Shown one piece after another: positions 26,040 to 38,749 of a stretch of 64,000 bases of DNA. The position numbers and the translations under genes are program-made. The DNA comes from Octopus vulgaris (Eukaryota). The notes under the pieces were generated by a model. It did not search any database and was not told the origin of the DNA. It saw only the letters and a program-made list of their open reading frames with translations. Within the stretch, counting starts at the first letter, position 1; each line of letters starts with the position of its first letter. Location: contig OX597815.1 in the NCBI GenBank assembly GCA_951406725.2, positions 173,972,001-174,036,000 on the forward strand, in the 5' to 3' direction.

Positions 26040-26612
26040 AAAACTTATTGTTTAACCAACAAGTTAAACAAATGATCGATTAGTAGTTGGGTGAATATTT
26101 AACCAATTTACTAATAATAAATGAGTGGAATTGAACTAGTGTGTGTGTTATTAATATTGGTATAATGATTCTCCCAAGACAACAAATCTTGGAATATTTT
26201 GTTGTATTTCAAGAGAGTTATTATATCAATTACTAAGTGCAAGCACAAGTGCTGTTTCACTTCTTTTACTATTATTAGTCAATTCATTAACATTTAACCC
26301 ATATACTAATACATTGTTTGATTAATCATTTGACCAATCAATTAGTCAGTCAGCTAGGGTTCTCTACTCCAGGTCTGCTTCAGGTCTAAGCAGACAGACC
26401 TAGAGTAGAGAGGGCATGCCATTGATGAAGTCATGAATGGAAATGAAAGGACTTTGACAAACCTAGCTGACCAAACAATTAATCAAACAATCAATTAGTT
26501 GATTATTTAAATGTTAACAAATTAACAAATAATGATAAAAGAAGTGAAATAAAACCAGTGTGTGTGTTTATTATTTGCATAATGACCCTCTTGAGTTACA
26601 GCAAAATATGTT
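26040..26612. repeat. Diverged inverted-repeat (foldback) structure with a central hairpin
   Basis: Arms ~26195-26358 and ~26461-26610 (TTTCACTTCTTTTA / TAAAAGAAGTGAAA; GTCAGCTAGG / CCTAGCTGAC). Central CTCTACTC-CAGGTCT...AGACCT-A-GAGTAGAG. A third arm copy lies at ~26040-26190. Confidence 0.7.
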
Positions 26613-28148
26613 TTAATACATGAGTTCACATAAAGACTTTTGCAAACCAGATACGAAAATGAAACTTAGAATAACTCTTCCTTGAACATTAGGACACTGA
26701 AAATCTTATTATGCAGATATTTCAAATGCAAAAACCAATTCTCCATTTATAAAATGCACTTTGATGGAGAAAAGCTTTTTACAAAATTAATACTGGCTTC
26801 TAATATAGATATTTTATAGCACAAATATCAGTAATATTAATATTATGTAATATTGATATTGGCTAATACTATTTATATTTTACATAGCAGTATAAGTAGT
26901 GGATATGATGTGCAAAGCAATTTGTAAAAAAGTAGTATGATTGCTTTCACACTGACTTATCAATAGCAGGGTTTTTTGTGGGGGAGGGTTTTGTGTGGGA
27001 GGTATGCATTTTGTCACAAATAAAGCATCTTTGAAGATATATGCATAGTAGTACAAATACTGAGTTCTAGCAGTTTTCAGATTACTAAAATAGTTTTCAT
27101 ATATTTTAGAGAGAAGAAAAGGTAGATAGAAGAAAATATCTGTTTATAGCTATACAGTAGGAAACCAAATCATGGACATAACTTGCTTAGGTACTTATAC
27201 AAAACATCAAATTATAGATACTGAATTTTGTATGTATATAAATTATAACGAGTTGAAGGCACAGAATTTTTAGATATCATTAGTGAGTCCCATCAAATAA
27301 CAGTATGTGTTTAATATCAAATTTTATTGATGGCATGCTTCTTAACACTATGGGTTAGAATTGATAAATTACATACTGTTTTAAAAGACTATTGTTAGCT
27401 CTGATACTACAGTATGCAGTTAATACGAATGAACAATAAGTATACTTTAGAACGTTGCATAAAAAAATTTCCCGAGCACTGCAGTTCAGATATCCCCAAG
27501 GAAATAGAATAAAGTTTAAGTGATCATGTTTGATATCATCATACTTATTCTAAGATTTCTCTTCCAGCTAGGTAAATGTCTTTTCCTGTTTCATGACACA
27601 TAAATTTATTTTATTTAAATTACAAATATTTTCTTATTTAATTTATTTATTTTTTCAATTGATAGATTTACATCCCTTTGGATGTTGCTTCAGAATTTAA
27701 TGTTTATTTTTATTAGTATGCTTACTTTAGTTTGTTAATTTTATTACTATGTCTTCTTGTATTTGTTGATCCAACATAAGTATTTTCTGTATAATATAAC
27801 CACTTTCTTTACAGACTGATTCAGTTTTTTCCTTACTTATCGCCAAATGTGAGCAGCCTGTTAAATAGATAAATAAATTAATGACAAACAGCAAAAAATA
27901 TTATCAAATTAAAATGCATCATGCAATTATTTGTTTAATATTCTATAATCACACTTTTCTGCAAATTCAAATATGCATAGCTTCCTTCATACAATAAAAC
28001 AAGATAAAAATCATTTAGCTATAAATACCATACTGAGAGATGTCTGGTACAAAAGTGGGCTAAAGGAAATAAACATCTGAAATTTTCCATTTAAGGATAA
28101 AAATGATCCTGTTTGTAAAATTTTTTAATACATAATTGTGCATGTGTA

Positions 28149-28320
28149 TCATCATCATCATCATCGTCGTTTAACGTCCGTTCTCCATGCTAGCATGGGT
28201 TGGACGGTTCGACCGGGGTTCTGGGAAGCCAGAAGGCTGCACCAGGCTCCAGTCTAAATTTGGCAATGTTTCTACAGCTGGATGCCCTTCCTAACGCCAA
28301 CCACTCCGTGAGTGTAGTGT
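28149..28320 (-). mobile_element. Family B 3' tail, young short copy
   Basis: CATCATCGTCGTTTAACGTCCGTTCTCCATGCTAGCATGGGTTGGACGG... Confidence 0.8.
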
Positions 28321-28459
28321 ATGTGTATGAATATATATATGCGTGTATGTGTGTGTATGTGTGTGTGTATCCCTCTCTGTAATGATAAAGTAATAGATAA
28401 AGCCAGAATATGTAACAGAAGAATTAAACATAGACTAGTCATAAGCAATATAACAGCAG

Positions 28460-29260
28460 CAGTGATCTCTGTATAAGCACCTCAATCAGGACTGACAAAT
28501 GAGAAAAAGAACTGTTTATAAGGGGTCTTCTTGCAGACTTTCTCAACAATGAACAACAGTAATTTCATTATCACAGTTGGTAACTTTAATAAACATATTA
28601 AGTAATGCACTGATGGCTACTCCAGTGTTGAAGATTATGTACAAGGTACAAAGAATGAAAATGAACAGCATTCTTGGAGTTAGTGCTGTGATACAAATGA
28701 CCTAATTATTTTTTAACACCAGCATCAGGAAGCTGTTTAGCCACCTGATCACCTACTAGCATCATACTCAACAGGATAAAAAAAGCTGCTTATAATACTA
28801 AGTCCTTCCCTAGTGTTGAATATATCACTCAATATAGACTAGTGATCAGTGACTTCAGAATAAAAGCTAAATGAGACACAACACAGTGTGTAGGAGGGAA
28901 GTATAGCAGCTGAAAAATCTCTCAACCAGACGTTGGTTCAAAGAAGTTCTTGATGATAAATATGAAGAGACAAACTTACAAGAGAAATGAACATACAACA
29001 TAGATCATAACTGAGTTTTTATGAGATAGCCTACAGTGAACTACTGACCAAATCTGTGAATGGAACAAGGTTTCAGCCAGGCTAATGATGACTTGATGAT
29101 TGAATAGTACAGTAAATAGAGACATAAAAACAAAACAACATACCTGGAAAGATTGGCAAAAAGAGGAAAGCAAGTACCAATATCAGGGAAGCAAGGAGTT
29201 AAGTTGAAACAAAGAGGTTTATTCAGAATTGCTTCTAAATTCATTATTAAACCAAGCCAT
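28460..29260 (+). pseudogene. Degenerate RTE-LINE AP-endonuclease region
   Basis: ISV*APQSGLTNEK (YAP motif), IITVGNFNKHI (GDFN motif), DL...NT and HLITY, with many stops and frameshifts. Confidence 0.7.
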
Positions 29261-31659
29261 ATGTACTTAAATCTGTTTTATATAATAACCATACTTCCTT
29301 TCATTAGAAATGATATACAACTTAGGATGTTAACCTATTAACAGCTCCATGAATAGGGCCAACATCACTTATCAGAGTCATCAGAAGCAACCCTGGTACA
29401 GTTTTATCCTCTACTGTTGGACTGTATTCATTGTCATGATGAGGTCCATTGATGCTAATATTGGTCTGTATTTAATCAAACAACATATCATTGTCTCTTT
29501 CTCTCTCTTTAGCTATTTGAACAGGCATTTTCAATAGTTTCTTGTATGTGAACAATTTCTTTGTTCCTTATGAGGTGAAACCAAATCTTTCATTTTCATA
29601 AGGAAATCAAGACCCATATATCCTCAGTAACCAGTAACAAGGACCCATTTAGAAAGGTTGCTACATTTTTCATTACCTTAAGTGCACATTTTTTCAAAAG
29701 GCTTTATAACTCATTTCTTTTCCCAGAATTGCAATTCTTTGAAACTGCACTTGAAATGCATTTCAGACTCTCCAGACAGAATTTCTTCTTTAGTTTTAAT
29801 TATTAGCTGGCAACAAATAAAAAGTTGTATTAAATGCACTAACCTCACATAGCCATCCTAGGTGGAAGAGTTAAGAAAACTGGGCATTTCTCTTCCTCTC
29901 ATATTAACTATAAAGGTAAGATAAAATTTGTGTTAACTAAAAACAGTTGAAATATCTTTCATAGGAATAGTATCATATGGGAATGTCAGCATTACTGGTT
30001 TATAGATTTTACCTCTAATAAGAAATTCAATTCCAGTGAGCTTAGATTTCACTTTAATGTTCAGATTCCATAAATGCCATATTACAGCCAAAATATCATA
30101 ATGATATTCTCATGAGTCATTACCCTACGATTAAACTCTCAAATTTAAAGTTAGCACCAAATAACAGGCTGCTGAATTAATTAGTTTTCTTAGTTGAAAT
30201 GAACACAAGAAATATAATTATTTGTAAGATAAACCCGATTCCATGTTCCTCTTCATGTTTTTTTCAAATATAGCCCTGATATGTTTCCCTTCTAATATCT
30301 GAAAAGTATTCTTTGTTTCAAAATAATGGGAAAACGTCAGGAAAGCAGTTAAGCACTTTTCCATGTATTACATGTAGATCAAAGCAGTATTAGTATTAGT
30401 AGCTTCTGAAAAGCAACATATGATGAAAGGTGGAGATGGGTGTTGGCCTATGACTGATACAGCCTACAGTTATTCTTATCCATTTCAGTTTCAGCAGAAA
30501 AAAAGAAAAAAATAGAATAAAAAAGAGGAAAGTAGAATGTAGCAGATTTCCCTTATACAGCATAATAGCAGTAATTATTTGCTCATAGAACTAAACAGAA
30601 TGGAATTCAAATTTCAAATTTTCAGACTAGTAATAAATTCCACCTGCTGCAGCTTTTGTGTCATCTCTTTGATGAAAAGATGCAACTTAAGTCAAATGAA
30701 TAGCAACTACAATTAACTGGTTTCAGCTAAAACTAAACTTGATATAACTTTTATTTAATATTGTATTGAAGCTTATTGAACATGTTTGCCATTTTTTAAT
30801 ATTGTTTTTATTAATTAAATGGTAAGCCAGCATTTTATGTGTTTCCATGAAATCTTTATTATCCTTCTTTATGGGGAAAGGCAAGAAATCAGTTGCTCAT
30901 TCAAAGAAAATTAATTAGAAACATTAGAGATTAGGAATTGTAGGAAAAGTGGTTTCCACTAGAGGAAGAATTTTAATTTTTAATGCTTATTTATTTCATT
31001 TTTAATATTCTTACTTTGTGAGCAAATTTTGTGCAAAGTAATGTTACTATTTTCCCATAAAATGACAGAAATAAGGAATTTTAGAAAGATAATTATGAAG
31101 CAATAGAAAAGTTTAAAAACCCATTTTCAAAAGAACAAATACTGACTTCATAGATATAAATTTATTATGATTTTATTTTAACAATGTCATTTGTTAGAAT
31201 AAATGATGAAAAGATACCATAAAACTTTGCAGAAATCAAAATGCCATCAATAAATCACTTTAATAAAACTACTTCCCTTCACTCCATAATTATATAACAG
31301 AACTTAACATTTCCCAATATCAATTACAATTTTATCATAAAGCAAATATGAAATTGAATAGACAAATGTTTACATTTTATGTTTTGAGCTTGTTCAGCTA
31401 GGACTGTAGCTGTGATCTATACGATTACAAAGCTATATTGGTATTTTGTTTGATATTTTGTTAAAAACTTTTTCTAACAAGACTGGTTATTTACATATAA
31501 ATGACTCATTGTTAACTTTGGATTAATTTTCATTACATATTCTATGCTACTAATGTAACTAAGGATGACAGAAGATCTCTCCTATTTCCTGTGCCATTCT
31601 GCCAGTATAACTAGTAATTGTAATGACTCTATCCAACCCATGCATCTCTATAACACTTT

Positions 31660-31671
31660 CTCTCTCTCTCT

Positions 31672-31731
<60 letters not shown>
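31660..31731. repeat. (CT)n microsatellite
   Basis: Read directly. Confidence 0.95.
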
Positions 31732-31734
<3 letters not shown>

Positions 31735-32376
31735 ATATGATACATACTACATTGACCTGCATATTTTCCATCTAAGCCTGCCTACATATGTTAAGAATAA
31801 ATATGCAAATAATCATTCACTAGAAGTATAAACAAAGCCAGCAGCTTCATTTAGACTCAAAATTCCTGTTGTTCTTGGCTGATGAGACTCATGTTGAAAC
31901 ATCAGCATTCCAGAATGTCATCCACCATTGAACTGAGTGTGTTGAACACACTGTCATTATGAGATGGAGTTATTCTCCTGCGATGTACATTATAGCAAAC
32001 ATCTGAAGCTGCCAAGGCATGATAAGCATAAATATGCAAATATTCATTCCAGATCTCATTGTACATAGTGTAAATAACTTTTCATAGAAGTTAAGCTTTC
32101 TCTGAAATTAATCCTTAATTTCTTGCAGAAATTTTGTCCCATTTTGTTTGAGAGTCACAAATAATTATGACAATTCATTTAGAATTTTTTTTACCTACTT
32201 TCATTTTTATTTCGTATAAATTATTCAAATAATTTCATTATTTTTGTTTGCTTTTCCTAAATTCATAAACAGGTTAAGGTATTCCGCGAGTATTAAAATC
32301 TATTCATCCTTTCTGCTTATCACTTGTCTGATGATAATTTGTAATTTGTTCTCTCCAAAGAAATTTTTTTATTACT

Positions 32377-32770
32377 TGTGTGGTAAGTAGTTTGCCTACA
32401 AACCACATGGTTCCAGGTTCAGTCTCACTACTTGACACCTTGGGCAAGTGTCTCCTACTATAGCCTTGGGCCGACCAAAGCCTTGTGAGTGGATTTATAT
32501 ATATAAATCCACATACATATGTACATATATATATGTATGTATGTGTGTGTGTATATGTTTGTGTGTCTGTGTTTGTCCCCCCAACATTGCTTGACAACTG
32601 ATACTGGTGTGTTTACGTCCCTGTAACTTAACAGTTCAGCAAAAGAGACCGATAGAATAAGTACTAGGCTTACAAAGAATAAGTCCTGGGGTCGATTTGC
32701 TCAACTAAAGGCGGTGCTCCAGCATGGCCACAGTCAAATGACTAAAACAAGTAAAAGAGTAAAAGAGAGA
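32377..32770 (+). mobile_element. SINE family A (internal deletion)
   Basis: Head GTGGTAAGTAG...GGTTCAGTC, core CCTTGGGCAAGTGTC, tail AAGTAAAAGAGTAAAAGAG. Confidence 0.85.
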
Positions 32771-33224
32771 GTACCCACATCCAAATCACAAAGGGTATGG
32801 TAGACAATTTAAGTTTTAACCAATAATACAAGGTTAAGTAGTGTAATTAACCATCATTAAGCCAATATTAAACAATATGCAGGCAAATTTTGTTTGTCTA
32901 TACATATACATTATGGATAAAGAAGATCCACTGGAAAGAAAAAAAAAAGCAGTCAGAAAGGGTCAAGGATGCTATTGAAAAAAAACAAACAAACGAAAAA
33001 TGTGTGATGGAGAAGACAATCAAAATGGAAAAGGGGAAGAGTTGTGATTCATAAATTCCAATGTGAGCAAAAGCAATTGATGCATGCTAATGAAAACACT
33101 CTTGCATGAAATACTCAAAAAGAAAACAATATGTTATGACAGCATTTGTTTCGTCACTAATGGAGAGAATATTGCATGAACTGAAAATGCAATGGCTTAA
33201 TCTCAAGATGAAGCAAGGGAACAT

Positions 33225-33479
33225 GTGTTTGCCAGAGTAGGTGTGCAATCACCTTTCATTCACTCTGTATGCTTTCATGATGAAGAGAAATCAAAAGAAT
33301 TTGAGAACTACTCTGAAGATCATTTTCTGCAAGTGGAAAGACATCAGTTATATCATATGAATATGATTTGTTCTGAATGCCAACCATTTCTGTGGATAGA
33401 AGAGTGTAAAAGAGGATCATTTATACACATTTCTCAGTTTCGACATTGTTATGCTATTGGAAAATTTAAGCCTTCTTGA
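33225..33479 (+). pseudogene. Helitron RepHel N-terminal zinc-finger fragment
   Basis: HQLYHMNMICSECQPFLWIEECKRGS....QFRHCYAIGKFKP fits the Helitron M..C..C...W..E....F..CC..GK pattern; collinear with the Helitron pieces at 36.5-37.6 kb. Confidence 0.6.
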
Positions 33480-34294
33480 ATTATTGGAATTCTAACATTA
33501 TTGAATTTAGCTTGGATCATTTCTGAATTTCATCAACATGAAATGATATACTTTCATATTCACAAAAAGAGAGCTAAGGGAAATAAATGAAATGATTCAA
33601 TGACATGAACTTAGATAATTCAAGTAGGTGGCAATTTACTGAATAACATCTGAGAAGATTTTAAAATAAATTGAATTTTACATTTTAGTTGGAGAAAGAA
33701 AACAGAAACCTGACAATTATTCTTAGTAATTCACAGAGAAAAGTAGTGGTCATTTCAAGAAATAAAAACTTAATTTTACTGAAAATTAAATTTTCATGCT
33801 AAAGCATAAAATCTGATTTAAGGCACTGGCTCACTTATGTCATTTTCCTAAGTTCATATTTTGTAATTTTAAAATTATGCTAACCAAAATTTTTGTAACT
33901 CTCTTTCTATTTGTAAATATCTCTGTCCGCTGATCAAAGCAGGGCTAAAAATACTTTTCTTCAGTAATGTGGTCTAATGTAATTTAACAGTTGTTACATT
34001 GCCTTACTAACAAAAATCACATTTCCTCTACACTGCCTGAAGCTTAAACCCATGTTGAGGAGTTAAATGATCAGAACCTGGTTTCAGACAGAGATAGTTG
34101 TTATTTTTGTCAATGTCAATACTATAATTCCTGCTGCTGCTATTTTGTTGCTGTTGTTTGTTACTGCTGTTGCTGCTGTTGTCATTGTTGAGCCTTAAAA
34201 TCAGCTCTGATCAAGCAGATCTGTAAGAAAAAGCATTTCATTCATGATCATCCTAATCTTTTTTTTTTCTTTTTATGAACAGGGAGTGTTCATA

Positions 34295-34467
34295 GGCGTA
34301 GGAGTGGCTGCGTGGTAAGTAGCTTGCTTACAAACTACATGGTTCTGGGTTCAGTCCCACTGCATGGCACCTTGGGCGAGTGTCTTCTACTATAGCCCCG
34401 GGCCAACCAAAGCCTTGTGAGTGGATTTGGTAGACGAAAACTGAAAGAAGCCCCTTGAAAGTGTGTG

Positions 34468-34518
<51 letters not shown>

Positions 34519-34740
34519 GTGTGTGTATATGTTTGTGTGTCTGTGTTTGTCCCCCAACATCGTTTGACAACCGCTGCTGGTGTGTTTACATCCCCGTAAC
34601 TTAGGGGTTCGGCAAAAGAGACCGATAGAATAAGTACTAGGCTTACAAAGAATAAGTCCTGGGGTCGATGTGCTCGATTAAAGGCAGTGCTCCAGCATGG
34701 CCACAGTCACATAACTGAAACAAGTAAAGAGTAAAGAGTA
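34295..34740 (+). mobile_element. SINE family A, full-length young copy
   Basis: GGCGTAGGAGTGGCTGCGTGGTAAG (A-box), GGTTCAGTCCC (B-box), internal (TA)n, tail (AGTAAAG)n; CpGs retained. Confidence 0.9.
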
Positions 34741-35639
34741 GGGATTTCAGGACCACATTATCTGATCTATCTTTTTAATGGCAAGATATGATTTGAGGGA
34801 GATTTGGCTGTCATTTCTAACAGATTGAGTGACCTTGTAGAAGTTCCATCGTTAGCTTGAAATAGAGATGGCATAAACGCATGTAGATTTCCAAATCCTG
34901 TGTCTCACCTACCAACTAGACTAACAATTAACCTCGTGTTGACATAAATTTACATGCATTGTGTACTTGCTTTGAATCAGATGACATAAATATACATGGC
35001 TGTATCTGCTGTGATTTTGTACTTGTTTGTGTATCGGCTGACATAAATATCAGCTATCACTCATGGCATGAATAATAGAGGCAACAATGCAAATTTCAAG
35101 GAATCTGATAGGTTTTCCAACACTGCTCAAGACTTCATCACCATAATAGTATAAAAGTTGCAGTTTTGGTGATTACACCACAATTTCCACTATAGTTTCT
35201 TATCAAATTCATACATGTTCAGCAAATTTTTCTGGTATTTCACAGAATTTACCGTCACCGTTACATCTGACTACACTAATTTTGTTAAGTTTATGGTTCT
35301 TGTCTTGGTCCTCATGTCCAGCTACCCCAGCTTTGAGACCAAGTTTGTTGCATCCATATACACCAGCTTTGTTGAATTTACAGTTCACATTTTTGTTTGT
35401 TGTCACATCCATCTACGCCAAGCACCTCCACTTCAATGTCGTGTGAGGAGTCCTCAATAGTTGATTTTGATTAGGATTACTCAGACCCTGAGAGTGATTA
35501 CTTGCCCAGTAGATTGGGTGATTCTGATTCCCGTAGCAATGATGAGTATCTGTTACATCAAAGAGACAGGAGGGCCTGGTCAATAGAATGTGGTGAGCGA
35601 TGGACAATTTTCCATGATGGTGCGGTTTCTCTGGCACTC

Positions 35640-35981
35640 CTGATATAAAAATATGAGATAGCTTGAGTATAGAAAATGAATGTGAAGACAGTGCCAATTA
35701 CTGTCAGGTCCTGGGGGATAGTAACAGAAGGCATTAAGAAGAATATAAAGGAAATTGGAATAGGGTACCCAGTTGAGCTGTTACAAAAGGTTCTCTTTTT
35801 TTTTTTTTGGCATAGCCAGTTTCATTGGGAAAGTACTAGATAGTTGAAAAGAACAGATAACATGGTGCCACAGACTGCAGGTAGCAAGCCCGCTATGCGT
35901 GCAAGACTCAATGAATTCCAACAAAATCTGAGTTAAAAAGAAAAACAGTAATAATAATAATGATAATAATAATAATAATAA
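35640..35981 (+). mobile_element. R4/Dong-like retrotransposon 3' end followed by (TAA)n
   Basis: KMNVKTVPITVRSWGIVT...IGIGYPVELLQKV...IASFIGKVLDS* resembles the REL-endonuclease C-terminus (VP.VVGALG...LQK..LLG.A.I..KVL); short 3'UTR then TAA repeats. Confidence 0.7.
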
Positions 35982-36184
35982 TTAGGAGTCGGGAAGACAC
36001 TTGGCAAGAAATGGAAGCAAATATGAAAGAAGAAAAAAAAAGTAATAATAATAATTATAATAATAATAATAATAATAGAGATCACCATGTCGCACACATA
36101 TGGTTGTGATGCATGTGCCTAGTGTACCCTTATCAGACGGGTAGTCATGATGGCATGCACTGCTCTCTCACTCAATAATAATAA

Positions 36185-36186
<2 letters not shown>

Positions 36187-36224
<38 letters not shown>

Positions 36225-36253
36225 TATATATATATATATACACACATTATATA

Positions 36254-36301
<48 letters not shown>

Positions 36302-36310
36302 GTGTGTGTG
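36187..36310. repeat. (TA)n-rich microsatellite attached to a minus-strand SINE A fragment (36312-36460)
   Basis: Read directly. Confidence 0.85.
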
Positions 36311-36509
36311 TATTCCATCTATCAAATCCATTCACAAAGCTTTGGTCAGTCTGGGGCTATAGTAGCAGGCACTTGCTCAAGATACTTCATAGTGGGACTG
36401 AACCCAAGACCATATGGCTTGGAAACAAGCCACAACTGTGCCAATAGCCATGCATGTACCTATCTTCATATTCTATGAGATGAGAAGTTCTGATCTTTCT
36501 GTTTCTAAC

Positions 36510-37578
36510 AGATGCTGTTTTAGTGAGAAAAGGAGGAAACACTAGTGTATATTATGGTTTTGTTGTACATAAACATGATAAATATTTACAGCAATTTAAT
36601 CAGCTGAATCAGGATTATGAGCTGTTACACTTTGCTTGTTTTTTCTTTGATTTCTAAGGTGAGTGAAGAAAGGTTGGGGCATAATTTTCAAGGGCATGAA
36701 TAATAACAAAACAAAGAAACAAATAAATAAAGAAATAATGTAGTTAGACCATAATGCATATAAGAAGATGCATTAAATCAATAATTTTGAAGTGTTTCGG
36801 GTGGGAGGAAGATTATTACATGGGTGTTTTGATCATAGCTTATACAAAGTTGAAAAAGGGCAGCATCAATGGAATCAAAAGAATCAATGGGAACTAAGAG
36901 CTGAATGTTGTCAATGTTTCATGGGTCAAATGCAAAGAGATAACCCAAATGGCCTTATTGATAGCTGTGGTGTGTTATCATCTTCTTTCATTAGGGATCT
37001 AACTCGTTATTGCTGATTCTATAAAAGAAGAAATTATCAACATATTGGATGTAGGAACGGTCATTTACAAATGCATTAATTCCTGCAATGATGAACACAA
37101 TTTGAGCAATTATCCATTGGAGTTCCTAAACGGCTATAACTTATTGGAGAGTGCTCCATGCATTGACCTTGAAAATGGTCAAAGAAAGGAGCACATGTTG
37201 TAAGCTATTGTGAAATTTAACTCACTAAGGTTAATGGGCTTTATAATGAAACATGAATTCCTGTAACTCATTATTTAAATGAACACATAATAGAAAGTGA
37301 TATTGTTAGTCATTATGCCAAGAATTAAACTGAGTCACTTGACATCACTCGGCCAATCAACCATGCATGTTTTCGGTTTCCAGTATGAGTGGCTTTTGCA
37401 ATGACAATCAATAAATTTCAATGTTAATCATTAAGTAAAATAGATTTGCTCTTCCCATCTGATCTATTTATGTATAGGCGAAGAACTACATAGGGAATTG
37501 GAAGCATAGGGAAAATATTGTAACACAATGATAATATTGTAAAATGTCACTAAATTTGTGTACACTAAAGTTTTCTAA
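36510..37578 (+). pseudogene. Helitron RepHel relic: Rep N-terminal region fused by deletion to the PIF1 helicase C-terminus
   Basis: YLQQFNQLNQDYELLHF, GGRLL...KVE...NQWELRAE...LSSSF, NYPLEFLN, RFPV*VAFAMTINKFQC*SL (37374; PIF1 FP..LAFAMTINKSQG motif) and terminal T..VY..VF*. Confidence 0.85.
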
Positions 37579-37585
37579 TGTTTAA

Positions 37586-37804
37586 CCCTTTAGTATTTAA
37601 ACCGGCCATATCTGGCCAAAATAGCTAATCTGTTTCATATTCAAACTGACCAGATCCAGGCTCTCACACCTACCCTACAATGTTATTCTACATTAAGTAA
37701 TTACACCATCAAGATCTTGAGGATACGAGATAATGCATGATTAATTCAAATCAATGGGAATCAATAGGCATTATGTTTGATAGAATAATCTGAACACTAA
37801 AGGG
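37586..37804. mobile_element. piggyBac-type MITE (219 bp) with TTAA TSD
   Basis: TTAA-CCCTTTAGTATTTAAA ... TCTGAACACTAAAGGG-TTAA; second, older copy at 40601-40757. Confidence 0.85.
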
Positions 37805-38293
37805 TTAAACATACTTAACTTATTTAACATCTGAATACTTATCTGGTGTGTGTGTATGTGTGTTAACTTTTAGAAGTTAAATGACAATAACTTCAAATTT
37901 TCATCTTGCCCAACATCTTCAGACTGATGATGGGATGCAAGCTGATACTTTGAAGTCAATGTCACTCTGTTACTTATAAAAGTTAATAAATATGTACTCT
38001 ACCACAAAGTATTGAGTAATCATTCACTTCAATGCTACATTATTTACACATTAAACCATATGACAGCTTCCAAGCATAGTAGTGACAACTCACCAACATC
38101 CTGTCCAATCACATAAGCCAAAACAACAAAGAAAATAACTGATATCACTTCCAGATCAATAACTCCACATGAGTTGGCCAGTAGAGGGCTATCAGCCAGA
38201 AGCCATCTCAAATTTTTTTCATGTCCTGTTGCTTCTTGTATCAGTATCCTGGCTTGCAAACTGAATTTGCTCCAAACCTAGGGATTGCTTGGA

Positions 38294-38456
38294 GACACAA
38301 GTTCATGGCTGTGTTGTAAGAAACTTACTTCTCAGCCACATAGTTCTGGGTTCAGTCCCACTGCATGGCACCTTGGGCAAGTGTCTTCTGCTATAGCTTC
38401 AGGCTGACCAAAGCTTTTTGAGTGGATTTGGTAGGCAGAAACTAAAAGAAATCTGT

Positions 38457-38511
<55 letters not shown>

Positions 38512-38745
38512 TTATATATGTGTGTCTTTGTGTCCATGTTTGTCACCCCGAGTATCACTTGACAACCAATATTGATATGTTTACATCCCTGTAACTTAGC
38601 ATTTCAGCAAAAGAGACTAACAGAATAAGTACTAGGCCTACAAAGAATAAATCCTTGGATCAATTAGTTCGACTAAAAACTGATTGCAGCAATGCTGGAG
38701 CATTGCTGCAATCAAATGACTGAAACAAGTAGAAGAAAAAAAGAA
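38294..38745 (+). mobile_element. SINE family A, full length
   Basis: TGGCTGTGTTGTAAG, GGTTCAGTCCCACTGCATGGCACCTTGGGCAAGTGTC, internal (TA)n and tail. Confidence 0.85.
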
Positions 38746-38749
38746 TATA

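Noticed and set aside
34295-34370. tRNA gene
   Set aside because: A/B boxes are present but there is no cloverleaf, and it runs into the SINE body; it is a SINE head.
35100-35460. ORFs 35209-35412 and 35215-35460 as genes
   Set aside because: Short with no motif; the minus strand loosely resembles a very decayed RTE 3' region, too weak to annotate.
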